Notes: a model not told the origin generated them from the sequence alone. A DNA stretch of 64,000 bases from Geopsychrobacteraceae bacterium (GCA_963676795.2 CAXXTB010000001.1:512001-576000), one strand, 5' to 3'. Shown: positions 10,876 to 20,711, counted from the stretch's first letter. Translations and numbers: made by a program.

Positions 10876-12273
10876 TTGGACGAGCAGAAAACCTCACGCG
10901 GGGCGATGCTGTTTGTCGTCTGTATCGCCCAGTTCCTGATGCCTTTCATGATTTCGTCGGTGGGGATTGCCCTGCCCAAGATGGGCCGGGAATTCACTGC
11001 GAGTGCATTACAGCTGGGGCTGGTTGAGACGGCCTATGTCATGTCAGCATCGATCTTTCTGTTGGCTGTGGGGCGTTTCGGCGACATCCATGGCCGGCAG
11101 AAGGTTTTCAAGTACGGGCTGATTCTCTTTACCCTTGCCGGAGCTGTAATCTCCCAGGCCTGGTCGATTCAGAGCGTCATTTTATTTCGCTTCATCCAGG
11201 GGATAGGCGGAGCCATGGTCATGACGACCGGGATCGCCATGGTGGTCGCGATCTATCCGCCCAAGGAGCGGGGTAAAGCCCTGGGCATCGTTGTTGCCAG
11301 TGTCTATGCGGGGATTTCGCTCGGGCCCTTTATCGGAGGCTATATGGTTGCCCTGCTCGGCTGGCGGTCGCTGTTTTACCTGCTGTTGCCGATGGGACTG
11401 GTTGCCTGGCTGACAACCCATCTGAAGATTCGTCAGGATTGGGCACCTGCAAAGGGGGAACCTTTCGACTGGAGCGGAGCTGTGGTTTACTCCCTGGCCA
11501 TTGTTCTGCTGGTTCTGGGAGTCTCAAATCTGCATCAGGGATGGTGGGCCTGGGGGCTTATCGGTGCGTCTATTGTTGCACTTTGGGTCTTTTACCGACA
11601 CGAAAATGGCTGTTCCTATCCACTACTTGATGTCCAACTGCTCCGTCAGAACAGACTTTTTGCCCTCAGTAACCTGGCCGCTCTGTTCAATTATGCGGCG
11701 ACTTTCGGAGTCACGTTCTTTTTAAGCCTCTACCTGCAGTATGTCAAAGGGATGGGGCCGCAGCATGCCGGGACCATCCTGATTATTCAGCCGATCGTGC
11801 AGACCATATTTTCACCCCTCTGCGGCCGTCTCTCGGATCGGATCTCCGCGACGCTGGTTGCGACCATAGGAATGGCCTCCTGCGCTGTTGGTCTGGCCAT
11901 CGCCGCCTTTCTGGGCGAAGACTCTTCGTTGCCGCTGGTCTATTGTCTGCTGGTGTTCCTTGGTCTGGGTTTTGCCCTGTTTGCGTCGCCGAATACCAGC
12001 GTGATCATGGGCAGTGTCGAACCACGCCATCTGGGTGTGGCGTCGGGGCTCAACTCGACAATGCGGACCCTGGGAATGATGAGCAGCATGATGGTCATTA
12101 CCCTGGTGTTTGCCTACCTGATGGGCGGTCAGGCGGTCACCGCCGAGACCGAACCGCAGTTTCTCACCAGCATGCGCCTGGCGTTATTGATCTTCTGTGC
12201 TTTCTGTATCGCCGGGATCGGCTGTTCTGTCGGGCGGGTGAAGAAAAAACAGGCTCTTATTGCCGGGGAATAG
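10876..12273 (+). CDS. MFS transporter, DHA2/EmrB-QacA-like
   Basis: Multi-TM; GRFGDIHGRQK (motif A); ERGKALG...GPFIGG. Confidence 0.9.
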   Translation: MDEQKTSRGAMLFVVCIAQFLMPFMISSVGIALPKMGREFTASALQLGLVETAYVMSASIFLLAVGRFGDIHGRQKVFKYGLILFTLAGAVISQAWSIQSVILFRFIQGIGGAMVMTTGIAMVVAIYPPKERGKALGIVVASVYAGISLGPFIGGYMVALLGWRSLFYLLLPMGLVAWLTTHLKIRQDWAPAKGEPFDWSGAVVYSLAIVLLVLGVSNLHQGWWAWGLIGASIVALWVFYRHENGCSYPLLDVQLLRQNRLFALSNLAALFNYAATFGVTFFLSLYLQYVKGMGPQHAGTILIIQPIVQTIFSPLCGRLSDRISATLVATIGMASCAVGLAIAAFLGEDSSLPLVYCLLVFLGLGFALFASPNTSVIMGSVEPRHLGVASGLNSTMRTLGMMSSMMVITLVFAYLMGGQAVTAETEPQFLTSMRLALLIFCAFCIAGIGCSVGRVKKKQALIAGE

Positions 12274-12311
12274 CCTGCGCTGCTTAGGCTCAAACTCTTC
12301 TCCCGTGAAGG

Positions 12312-12368
12312 ACCCCCCTTTAATCCCCCCTATTTTATAGGGGGGAAGCGAGTTTCCCCGCAGGGGGG
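12312..12368 (+). repeat. REP-like CCCCCCT...AGGGGGG palindromic repeat, copy 1
   Basis: acccccctttaatcccccctattttataggggggaagcgagtttccccgcagggggg; inverted near-copy at 28161-28216. Confidence 0.75.
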
Positions 12369-12374
12369 AAAGCT

Positions 12375-12722
12375 TTAAAAACTGATCACCTCATAACCCG
12401 CGCTCAGGTAGGGTTCCATCGCCGGATGGCCTGACATGTCACCAAGCAGCGGCAGCCCCTGCTCGACCGCGGCATCGAGGGTACCGAGCTTGGCCGCGCA
12501 GGCCTTGCAGACCCCGGCGAGCAGGTCGGCCTCCAGGTTTTTTTTCCACAGCCCGGCCAGCGGGTTATCCGGTTTGATCAGTTCCGGGACCAGTTTGACG
12601 GCCGCCCCTTCGATGATGATCTTCGCCTCATGGCCTTTCCCGTTAAGATCCAGAGCGTTAAGCAGGACATGGATGAAGCACATCGGGTCACCGTTGAAGA
12701 CAAAAAGCGCCACTTTTTTCAT
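12375..12722 (-). CDS. DsrE/DsrF-like small cytoplasmic protein
   Basis: HVLLNALDL, IIIEGAAVK, GVCKACA, GYEVISF. Confidence 0.7.
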   Translation of the reverse strand: MKKVALFVFNGDPMCFIHVLLNALDLNGKGHEAKIIIEGAAVKLVPELIKPDNPLAGLWKKNLEADLLAGVCKACAAKLGTLDAAVEQGLPLLGDMSGHPAMEPYLSAGYEVISF

Positions 12723-13789
12723 GATTTTCCCCCTTTGATCGATTTCTTGTTTTCATACATACGTTCGTCGGCCTCCTGGATCAGCTGTTCTGAAGATATG
12801 AACGTATCCGGGCCGGTCTGGGCGTAACCGATACTCAGCTGTAATTCTGGTTCGTACTCATGGATATGCTCTTTGACCCGTTTTCCCCAGACGTCCCTGG
12901 CATAGTCGAGCCGGCAGTTGCTCATGACGATGCAGAATTCATCTCCGCCATAGCGGAAAGAGTAGTCCTCGGTACGGGTGGCTTCCTTTATCGCTTTGGC
13001 GACGAGCTTAAGGATGCTGTCACCGTGCTGATGGCCACGGGTATCGTTGATCGCTTTGAAGTCGTTGATATCGACATAGGCTACGCTGACCGGTTCCCTG
13101 CGCCGTTGCGCCGCATGCAGGGCATTGTTCATGATCTCGGAGAAATGGCGCATATTGAGCAGGCCGGTCAATGGATCGGTGCGGGATAACATCTCCAGCT
13201 GCCGGGTCCGTTCTTTGACTTTTTCCTCCAGCTCCAGGGCATAGAGATCCGATTTCTGTTTCGCAACTTCTATTTCTTCAAGCATGCTGTGAATGTAGGT
13301 ATCAAACACAAAGGCGATGTCGAACATAATCAGTTTCTGTAGAGAACAGATCACCTGATTCTGTCGGTCAGGGTCGGGAAGTGTTTGTCTGATCAGGCAA
13401 TACAGCAGGTTCTGCATTGACCTGACTGCGGCCAGATAGTACTTGGGGTCAACGCCAATATGCTTGTGAACCAGGCCGATGCGCAGGCGGTTGTTGACAT
13501 AGGCGCTGTCGTAACAGCCACTGAAAAGATCCTGCAGGTAGCGCTTTAGCATGACATGCAGGCGATTGAGGGTCTCCGAGTCGCCAATCAGTCTGGCGAC
13601 CTCAGGAATGGCGGTCTGGCTCTCGTAAAATTCGCAAACCAGATTTTCGAGTTTCTGGTTGACCAGCTGGCCAGTGTCGTGCAGACAGTCAATATCCTGC
13701 GAGGTGATAGCGTACAGGGCCTTACGCTTGTCAATTTCACTTTGAGTGATACGTAGCTGTTCGATGAGCGACAGATCGGTTTTTTTCAT
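12719..13789 (-). CDS. Globin-coupled diguanylate cyclase (protoglobin + GGDEF; DosC-like)
   Basis: Globin region with RIGLVHKHIG; RTED I-site and YGGDEF active site. Confidence 0.9.
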   Translation of the reverse strand: MKKTDLSLIEQLRITQSEIDKRKALYAITSQDIDCLHDTGQLVNQKLENLVCEFYESQTAIPEVARLIGDSETLNRLHVMLKRYLQDLFSGCYDSAYVNNRLRIGLVHKHIGVDPKYYLAAVRSMQNLLYCLIRQTLPDPDRQNQVICSLQKLIMFDIAFVFDTYIHSMLEEIEVAKQKSDLYALELEEKVKERTRQLEMLSRTDPLTGLLNMRHFSEIMNNALHAAQRRREPVSVAYVDINDFKAINDTRGHQHGDSILKLVAKAIKEATRTEDYSFRYGGDEFCIVMSNCRLDYARDVWGKRVKEHIHEYEPELQLSIGYAQTGPDTFISSEQLIQEADERMYENKKSIKGGKS

Positions 13790-13830
13790 CTGCAGGTCCG
13801 TTGGTAATAGCTCTAAAATTTCAGAAGATC

Positions 13831-14199
13831 TCAGCGACTGTATTCCGTGTATTTCTTCGCGCTGCCGCGCACCAGGTCGACCGGATATTTCTGGCGGTTT
13901 TTAACCATCTTCTGCCTTGCGCAGGCGAGCGGATCGAGCCCGAATTTGTCGGCCAGGCCGATCAGGTAGATCAGCACATCGCCGATCTCATCCTTAAGGT
14001 TGTCCAGTTTTTCCGCAGGCAACTGATAGCTGTCCTGATCTTCGACCCACAGGAAGTTTTCCAGCAATTCCGAAGCCTCGATGTTCAGGCCGATCGCCAG
14101 GTTCTTGGGCGAATGGAACTGGTCCCAGTCGCGTTCGCGGGTGAATTCGGCGATCTGTTTTTTCAATTCTTTCATCAGATAGATATCCTTGTTCCGCAT
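13831..14199 (-). CDS. MazG-like nucleotide pyrophosphohydrolase
   Basis: ERDWDQFHSPKNLA, EASELLE, DEIGDVLIY, KNRQKYP. Confidence 0.9.
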   Translation of the reverse strand: MRNKDIYLMKELKKQIAEFTRERDWDQFHSPKNLAIGLNIEASELLENFLWVEDQDSYQLPAEKLDNLKDEIGDVLIYLIGLADKFGLDPLACARQKMVKNRQKYPVDLVRGSAKKYTEYSR

Positions 14200-14216
14200 T
14201 GTGGTGAGTCTGCTGT

Positions 14217-14819
14217 TTAGCCCAGGTTGAGAAAGCGCTGTATCCCTGTCATGATCATCTGGGCCGAGAGGGCGGCCAGGATCAGGCCGGTCAATTTGCT
14301 CAGAATGACGATGCCCCGTGAGCCGAGGCAGTTTTTGATAAATGAACTGGCCAGCAGGATGATTGCGACACAGACAACGGCAAACAGCAGTGCCAGTGAA
14401 CCGGTCATCTTGGCCGAGAAGGTTTTGAGTTCAGCACCGAGAACCAGCAGGGTGCCGACGGTGGCCGGCCCGACGAAGATTGGAATCGCCAGCGGCACGA
14501 CCGCGACATCATCACTGCTGAGCGTCTGCTGTGCGGCCTTGCCGTTGACCAGGCTGATACCGGAGAGCATCAGCAGGACACCGGCACCGATGCGGAAGGC
14601 ATCGACAGTGATGCCGAAGACGGAAAAAATCTGTTGGCCGATGAAAAACAGGATCAGTGAACTGATCGCTACTGCCACTGCAACTGACAGCGCCAGATTA
14701 CGACGCCTGGCCGGTTGGTAGTCTTCCGTCATGCTGAGAAACATGGTCAGCCCGAAAAACGGGGTCAGGACAAAGAACAACTTGATCCACAGACTGAAAA
14801 ACAGTGACATGGCGAGCAC
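14217..14819 (-). CDS. MarC family membrane protein
   Basis: FGITVDAFRIGAG, VVPLAIPIFVGPA. Confidence 0.9.
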   Translation of the reverse strand: MLAMSLFFSLWIKLFFVLTPFFGLTMFLSMTEDYQPARRRNLALSVAVAVAISSLILFFIGQQIFSVFGITVDAFRIGAGVLLMLSGISLVNGKAAQQTLSSDDVAVVPLAIPIFVGPATVGTLLVLGAELKTFSAKMTGSLALLFAVVCVAIILLASSFIKNCLGSRGIVILSKLTGLILAALSAQMIMTGIQRFLNLG

Positions 14820-15043
14820 CTAATCGAATGAATTTTCCACCACATTTTAGCATAATAATCAATTCAAGAAAGGTGAAAGGAAGCAAGCCGCGCAGTGGCG
14901 GTCTGGTCGTATAAAATCCCGTTATGGACGACAATGACGGAGGGTTATATTGATGTGCAGACAATCGTTGCAGAGATCGAATCTGGACCTGAAGCACAAG
15001 CGCCGGCCACATGTCCGGCGCTCGGTAACCCTGTTTGGACTAG

Positions 15044-15517
15044 CTAGTCTTTTTTGATCTGTTCGGCCAGGTAGTTCTGCAGGCCCATCTGGGCAATCTG
15101 ATCCATCTCGCCTTCGATCCAGTCGACGTGATCCTCTTCTTCTCTGAGGATCGCTTCCAGGATAATCTTGGTGCCGTGATCGTGGAGTGATGCGGCCAGT
15201 TCAACCGCTTTGTTGTATTCCGCAACGGTGTTGGTTTCATGTTCAAGGTCGTACTTATGGATCTTCTCGACATTTGAACCGATATGGATCCCGCCCAGGT
15301 TGGATACGATCGGCATACCATCCAGGTAAAGGATCCGCTCGATCAGCTTTTCGGCATGTTTCATCTCCTGTATCGAACGGTACTTGAGCTTGGCATGCAG
15401 TTTGGAATAGCCCCAGTCTTCACACATTTCACAGTGCAGAAAATACTGGTTGATCGCACCGAGTTCGTCAGAGAGCCGCTCGTTCAGAGCGTCAATAACC
15501 TGCTGATGACCTTTCAT
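15044..15517 (-). CDS. bfr: Bacterioferritin (copy 1)
   Basis: ELGAINQYFLH, EMKHAEKLIERILYLDG, EEEDHVDW. Confidence 0.95.
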   Translation of the reverse strand: MKGHQQVIDALNERLSDELGAINQYFLHCEMCEDWGYSKLHAKLKYRSIQEMKHAEKLIERILYLDGMPIVSNLGGIHIGSNVEKIHKYDLEHETNTVAEYNKAVELAASLHDHGTKIILEAILREEEDHVDWIEGEMDQIAQMGLQNYLAEQIKKD

Positions 15518-15708
15518 ATGATTCCTCCTTGCACGGTTCCTGATAGGTTGTTTTATCTATAAAAATTGTCAGCAATTCTTAAAACCTATCAGGCTTTGAC
15601 ACCAATGCAAGGGGCGAATCGATACGCTGAATCAATGGCTGCTGTGCTGAAGCGATGCATGGTCTTCAATACAGGTTTTAAATCTGCCAGTTTCATTGTT
15701 ATCCATTG

Positions 15709-16089
15709 TCAGGCTGAGAGCTTGGTTTTCAGCGCCCTGTTCTCCTTGAACAGGGCAATATGCTGTTTAAAGGGGCCGTCGAGATAGTAGGGAAGGGTGA
15801 ACAGTTTTTTTTTGTCGATGCCGTACTTGTCTGCGTAATAGTTGATGATCTCATCCGAATCCGCGATGAACTCGCCGGGGGCGATCTCGACAGTCGGAAA
15901 TGATGCGGGGGCTCCGGTCTGCTCAACCAACAGTGTGCGATACCTGTTCATTTCCTCTTCGTTGTTGCCATCGGCAGTGATGATTTCAAACTTGCCGGTC
16001 AGACCGGTTTCACCGACAAAGGCCATGACCTTGAAGCAGAAGGGGCAGGTGCTCTTCATATAGAGTTTAGGGGTAAATAGTGTACTCAT
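15709..16089 (-). CDS. Glutathione S-transferase N-terminal / glutaredoxin-like protein
   Basis: LYMKSTCPFCFKV, FPTVE, DSDEII. Confidence 0.75.
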   Translation of the reverse strand: MSTLFTPKLYMKSTCPFCFKVMAFVGETGLTGKFEIITADGNNEEEMNRYRTLLVEQTGAPASFPTVEIAPGEFIADSDEIINYYADKYGIDKKKLFTLPYYLDGPFKQHIALFKENRALKTKLSA

Positions 16090-16120
16090 AGTGTTTACTC
16101 CGAAAAAGTGTTGGCCTGCG

Positions 16121-16435
16121 TCAGCTCCCTGATTTTTTCAGGTGCCTCAAATAGGCTTCCTGGCGTCCTTTGTCGCAGCCGGGGGATGAAAGCTGACAAT
16201 GGATAGCACAGTGTGGACAGCTGTTTTCATCCTCACTTGGGGCCTCTTTGCTGTGAGCGGGATCCTGCTGGCTTGCGACTAGCGGTTCTTCATCCGCCGG
16301 GTTTCCTGTTCGGCCGGTTCTGCGACAGTGGCCGTCCGGTGGATTCTGGCAATTGCAGCCCTGACAGCTGGTACTGCCGGAATAACTACCTCTGTAGGAA
16401 TGGTTGCTCTTATATGAACGATTGGACGTATACAT
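16121..16435 (-). CDS. Small Cys-rich hypothetical protein
   Basis: CQGCNC and CPHCAIHCQLSSPGCDKG; RBS-like GGGAGA upstream. Confidence 0.55.
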   Translation of the reverse strand: MYTSNRSYKSNHSYRGSYSGSTSCQGCNCQNPPDGHCRRTGRTGNPADEEPLVASQQDPAHSKEAPSEDENSCPHCAIHCQLSSPGCDKGRQEAYLRHLKKSGS

Positions 16436-16558
16436 TGTTATCTCCCTGAAACCCGTTGTTTGATCTTTTCTCTCTATTGTTTGATTTGTGACCGTTTAAG
16501 TCAAGTAGTCGGGTTTCAATATTTGCGGAAAGGATTCATTTATTGCGCAATAATGCAA

Positions 16559-16710
16559 TCTGGTTATCCAGTTCGCTCCAGCTGGATCAGTTCTGGCTTC
16601 AGTATCCCCCTTGGAAGGGTGTCTGGTGCCCGGATGGCGACAGTCAAGCCCCATGGATGGGTTCATGCGTCCCTGGAAAGGGGGATACTGGAGCCAAGTA
16701 GATAACCAGA
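16559..16710. mobile_element. MITE-like element (152 bp) with terminal inverted repeats and a long internal hairpin
   Basis: Ends tctggttatc / gataaccaga (perfect 10-bp IR, 13/15 extended); inner arms tggcttcagtatccccctt...aagggggatactggagcca. Confidence 0.65.
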
Positions 16711-16813
16711 AAACACAATATTTCTAAGGAAATAAATTATTGAAGAATGGCACAGCGTTTTTCCGGCTAGTGAAGTGATCCCCGAGAATGGCCGGCGTAA
16801 TAGAACGGAAAAC

Positions 16814-16848
16814 AAAAAGCCGGTCACTGATTTTAGTGACCGGCTTTT
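16814..16848. terminator. Intrinsic terminator downstream of bfr copy 2
   Basis: aaaaagccggtcact-gatttt-agtgaccggctttt. Confidence 0.8.
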
Positions 16849-16870
16849 CTGGAGCGTAAAAAATCTGGAA

Positions 16871-17344
16871 TCAGTCCTTTTTGATCTGTTCTGCCAGGTA
16901 ATTCTGAATACCCATCTGATCGATCTGATCCTGTTCACCTTCGATCCAGTCGAGGTGTGCTTCTTCATCCTTGAGGATTTGCTCGAGAATGATCTTGGTG
17001 CCGTGGTCGTTCAGTCTGGCGCAGAGATCGACCGACTTGTTGTAGTTGTCGATGGCAACCTTTTCGGCGTTCCAGTCAAACTTGTGCATTTCATCGATCT
17101 TGTGGCCGATCTTGATTTCGGCCAGGTTTGAAACGATCGGTTTTCCGTCGAGATAGAGGATCCGTTCGATCAGTTTCTCCGCGTGCTTCATTTCATCGAT
17201 GGAGCGTTTTTTCATCAGTGCGTGGAGCTTGCTGTAGCCCCAATCTTCCGCCATTTCACAGTGCAGAAAATATTGATTGATGGCGGCCAGTTCTTCAGAC
17301 AAGCGTTCGTTCAGAGTGTCGATAATCTCCTGATGTCCCTTCAT
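16871..17344 (-). CDS. bfr: Bacterioferritin (copy 2)
   Basis: ELAAINQYFLH, EMKHAEKLIERILYLDG, DEEAHLDW. Confidence 0.95.
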   Translation of the reverse strand: MKGHQEIIDTLNERLSEELAAINQYFLHCEMAEDWGYSKLHALMKKRSIDEMKHAEKLIERILYLDGKPIVSNLAEIKIGHKIDEMHKFDWNAEKVAIDNYNKSVDLCARLNDHGTKIILEQILKDEEAHLDWIEGEQDQIDQMGIQNYLAEQIKKD

Positions 17345-17701
17345 GGTGAAATCCTCCTGTTTGGTTTTGTTGGCAAGAAAACTATATCATTCATTAAAAA
17401 CTGGATAATTCTGTCAGTGAGCCAAAATTGAAAAAATTAGTCTGTGATCCTGGTCACACTTTGCCAGTTATTTTTTTCCAGAGAAAATCGTCCGGCACCG
17501 GGGAAAACGACGATCAGGGATGACAGAATATAAAAGTACCGGGTCTCGAGGTAGAGTGCACCGACATTGGCAATATTTACCGTGAAGATCCTGTCCAAGA
17601 GTAAGGCATGGAAATTCGTGGTGATGGCATGCTAATGTCCGACTTCTTGACGACTGTCTTGCGATAGCATGAAGATCTTTTCAACGCAAAGGTATGAGCT
17701 T

Positions 17702-17920
17702 ATGAAAGATATTGAAATTTCCCGGGAACCTGTCGAGTTGTTCAAGGTTCTGAAGTTTGAAGGGCTGGTTGGCAGCGGCGGTGAAGCAAAGGCGATGATC
17801 GAAGAGGGGGAGGTGCTGGTCAATGGCGATGTGGAAACAAGAAAACGCCGTAAGCTGCTGAACGGCGACCTGATCGAATTTGCCGGTGAAGAGTTTCGGA
17901 TTGTCCTGCCAAAGATATAA
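17702..17920 (+). CDS. S4-domain RNA-binding protein (YbcJ/YaaA-like)
   Basis: ELFKVLKFEGLVGSGGEAK...VLVNGDVETRKRRKL. Confidence 0.9.
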   Translation: MKDIEISREPVELFKVLKFEGLVGSGGEAKAMIEEGEVLVNGDVETRKRRKLLNGDLIEFAGEEFRIVLPKI

Positions 17921-17924
17921 AAAG

Positions 17925-17960
17925 AGCAATGCCGGTGTTTTGTTTCACCGGCATTGCTTT
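17925..17960. terminator. Bidirectional terminator-like hairpin
   Basis: agcaatgccggtg...caccggcattgct with A and T flanks. Confidence 0.7.
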
Positions 17961-17970
17961 CTTTCAAATA

Positions 17971-18096
17971 TCAATAACGTCTTGTTTTTTTGCGCTGCAA
18001 CCTGACGGTTGCCGGGGCCGCTTTTCCAAAGGTCATGACCCAGGCAAAAATAAAAGAGAGAAACATCAGCGATATTGTCAAGATTAAGGTAGACAT
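17971..18096 (-). CDS. Candidate 41-aa single-TM small protein (below the ORF-track cutoff)
   Basis: MSTLILTISLMFLSFIFAWVMTFGKAAPATVRLQRKKTRRY*; AAGGAG upstream; terminator downstream. Confidence 0.5.
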   Translation of the reverse strand: MSTLILTISLMFLSFIFAWVMTFGKAAPATVRLQRKKTRRY

Positions 18097-18254
18097 CACA
18101 GTGCTCCTTTGCAACACCCTGCTGGGGTCTGTTCAGTTAGTTTCTGCCGGTGGCTACCGTTGCCACTCATATTCTTTACAATTATGGCAATAACGCTGTT
18201 TTAAGGCAAGGCTCTCCTGTTTTTTTTTACAGGGTTAAGGTCAGACCTTGCCGC

Positions 18255-18896
18255 TTACTTATTTTTCTGTTTTGCCGCGTAATTCTGGAGAAAGGTGACA
18301 GCATTCGGCAGTAGGGCAAGAAATTTGGATTTATGTTCCGCGATCTCTTCCGCTGTCAGAGGGGCACCTGTTCCGGCTTCCAGCATTGCCGGAATCTGCT
18401 CGGGAAAGGCATTCCCCAGCAGTACCGAGACACAGGCCGAGAGTTCTTCCTTTTCTGAAATTTCATCGGTTGTGAGTTCCGGCAATTTTTGTCCTTCAGC
18501 ATCCAGTCCCCAAACCGCCGGGCGTAATTGGGTCCCGCGCATGAACCCGTAGGTCCACTCGCGAATCTGCTCAATTTCTCTGTCAGTGAGCTGCCCCATA
18601 TCAAACGGGAAGTGCAGAATTCCATTCTTATTGGCTTCCATGAAGCGGACATAAAGGGTCAGGAGTTCGTTGAGCAGCGAGTTCCCCTTGGCTTCATCCT
18701 TGAACTTGAACATCTTTTCACCAAACATGTGAGGGAACCACTGGCTTGGTGGTATCAGCTCCGGGAGGACGGCCAGGCAGTAGAGAAAGCCGTGGAGCCC
18801 CTCAAGGGAAAGGACCTTGTCCTGATCAACCGCAGCAGCCAGCAGTGAATTGAGAGGTTTTTCTTCGTCGGGGGGGAACAGGTTCACAATGAACAA
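18255..18896 (-). CDS. YecA/UPF0149 family protein (no SEC-C motif)
   Basis: LEGLHGFLYCLAVLPELIPPSQW, EWTYGFMRG. Confidence 0.8.
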   Translation of the reverse strand: MFIVNLFPPDEEKPLNSLLAAAVDQDKVLSLEGLHGFLYCLAVLPELIPPSQWFPHMFGEKMFKFKDEAKGNSLLNELLTLYVRFMEANKNGILHFPFDMGQLTDREIEQIREWTYGFMRGTQLRPAVWGLDAEGQKLPELTTDEISEKEELSACVSVLLGNAFPEQIPAMLEAGTGAPLTAEEIAEHKSKFLALLPNAVTFLQNYAAKQKNK

Positions 18897-19018
18897 CTCC
18901 TTGTTTTTGCGTAAATTTTTCAGAAACTCAATAGATCCTATTTTGCGGCAAAAATCCAGCTTTCTGTATAGAACAGCTTTTGTCCTACTGAGGGTGAAAG
19001 CGGGACGAAGGAAAAGAC

Positions 19019-19057
19019 GAACTGAAAGTCCGGAAGATTATTCCGGCCTTTCAGTTC
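19019..19057. terminator. Terminator-like hairpin
   Basis: gaactgaaag-ccggaa...ttccgg-ctttcagttc. Confidence 0.55.
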
Positions 19058-19080
19058 TGAAACAGGCAATAACGGGCTGT

Positions 19081-20499
19081 CTATTGAACGCTGTTGAAGC
19101 CGAACAGCTTCTCTTTGATAATTTCTTCCGCCACGGCTTCGGGAACGTCCTTTTCCCAGTTTCCGCTGTTCTTTTCGATCTTTTTCAGGACATCATCCGG
19201 CCAGATATACATGATGCTCTTGTCAAACTTCTCGATGCTGACAATCTTGTTGTTGACCTGCAGGTACTTGTAAAAATACTTCAGCGGTTCAGGGGGCTGA
19301 AAATTTTCGCTGGTGATGAATTCATCAGGATGTTCCGCCGTGTGCATCGGGTAGACGATCAGGTTGGTATCTGAGTCGAACATCGATGCAAAGGCACCGA
19401 GCAGGCCTCCCTTGTGCCCTTCGTAATAATCTTCGTTGAAGAGGGCGGTCAGCTGCGGAATCCCCAGCACGAACGCGACCCGCCCCGTGGTATAGCGGCT
19501 TAAGTAGTCGCGGACCCGGAAATGGCGCAGGAAGTTGGAGACGATGACCGGATAGCCGAGCAGGTTCAGGCAATCGACACGGGTGAGGATATCCTTCATG
19601 TCGAGCTGGTCCAGCCAGCGCAGATCGGCGACCGAAATCTCGGGAACCATCATCGCGGTTTCGGGGTTGACGTTCTGCATGGCGCGGAAGATCTCCATGC
19701 CGCTGTTCATCAGGTCATGGGTGACACTGGTGACCGGCTTGAACAGGCCGCGGGCGATCAGGATATCACGTTTGTACAACAGTTCCGACGGGTGGATCAG
19801 GGTCTTGCGATCGGCATTAAAGACAACCGCATCTGACAGTTCCATTTCGACCAGCTTGAGCGCCATCAGGCGGTTGTCCACCTGCTTGAAATCAGGACCG
19901 AAGAAACGGATCATGTCGATTTCTAGCCGTTCGCGGTTAAGATTCTCCCCAAGCGACTGGATGAGACGTTTCGGGTCGTCATGATAGTAGAAGGCGCCAT
20001 AGATCAGGTTGACGCCAAGCACGCCGATGGTCTCCTGCTGCTGCTGGTTGGTGTCGTCGAGCATCCTGACATGCATGTGGATCTGTGATGGTTCCGCGTT
20101 CGGGGTGAGCTGCAGCTTGATCCCCAGCCAGCCGTGACATTCGCCGCGCTGGCTGTAGCTCTTGGCGGTGACCGTGTCGGCAAAGGCGAAGTAGGTCGAG
20201 GTTTCCGGACGGTTTTTGCCGACCCGTTCGACAACCAGCTTGAACTCCTTGTCGAGCATCTTCTCCAGGCGGCTTTCGGTGACGTAGCGTCTGGTCTCTT
20301 CCGGCCCGTAGATCACATCGCTGAAGGTCATGTCATAAGCGGAAATGGTCTTGGCGATGGTTCCGGCAGCGCCCCCGGCCATGAAGAAGGCACGGGAGAC
20401 TTCCTGCCCGGCGCCGATTTCGGCAATGGTCCCGTACTTGTCACGGTCCATGTTGAATTCAAATGCCTTCTGCATGGTCGTCATTATGTCATGAGCCAT
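19081..20499 (-). CDS. Conserved protein with a nucleotidyltransferase-like (NadD-like) C-terminal domain; function uncertain
   Basis: GTIAEIGAGQEV N-terminus; RGLFKPVT and WEKDVPEAVAEEII...LFG resemble HIGH-superfamily adenylyltransferases; family recognised from memory. Confidence 0.55.
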   Translation of the reverse strand: MAHDIMTTMQKAFEFNMDRDKYGTIAEIGAGQEVSRAFFMAGGAAGTIAKTISAYDMTFSDVIYGPEETRRYVTESRLEKMLDKEFKLVVERVGKNRPETSTYFAFADTVTAKSYSQRGECHGWLGIKLQLTPNAEPSQIHMHVRMLDDTNQQQQETIGVLGVNLIYGAFYYHDDPKRLIQSLGENLNRERLEIDMIRFFGPDFKQVDNRLMALKLVEMELSDAVVFNADRKTLIHPSELLYKRDILIARGLFKPVTSVTHDLMNSGMEIFRAMQNVNPETAMMVPEISVADLRWLDQLDMKDILTRVDCLNLLGYPVIVSNFLRHFRVRDYLSRYTTGRVAFVLGIPQLTALFNEDYYEGHKGGLLGAFASMFDSDTNLIVYPMHTAEHPDEFITSENFQPPEPLKYFYKYLQVNNKIVSIEKFDKSIMYIWPDDVLKKIEKNSGNWEKDVPEAVAEEIIKEKLFGFNSVQ

Positions 20500-20711
20500 A
20501 GTGGTTCTCCTTGAAGCGGGTCTTCATATCACGAGAATATAATGAGTACAGCATTGTACAGGTTACAAACAGGTATGAAAGGATCTATCTTTATAGCAGA
20601 GAATCACAGAGAAACAATGAACTGTTTTGCCGATTTCCGAAATATTTTTAACGGACGCCGTCCGGAAACACCGGAGGGCAACGCGTATGTATTCAGATTG
20701 GAAACGGCCTG

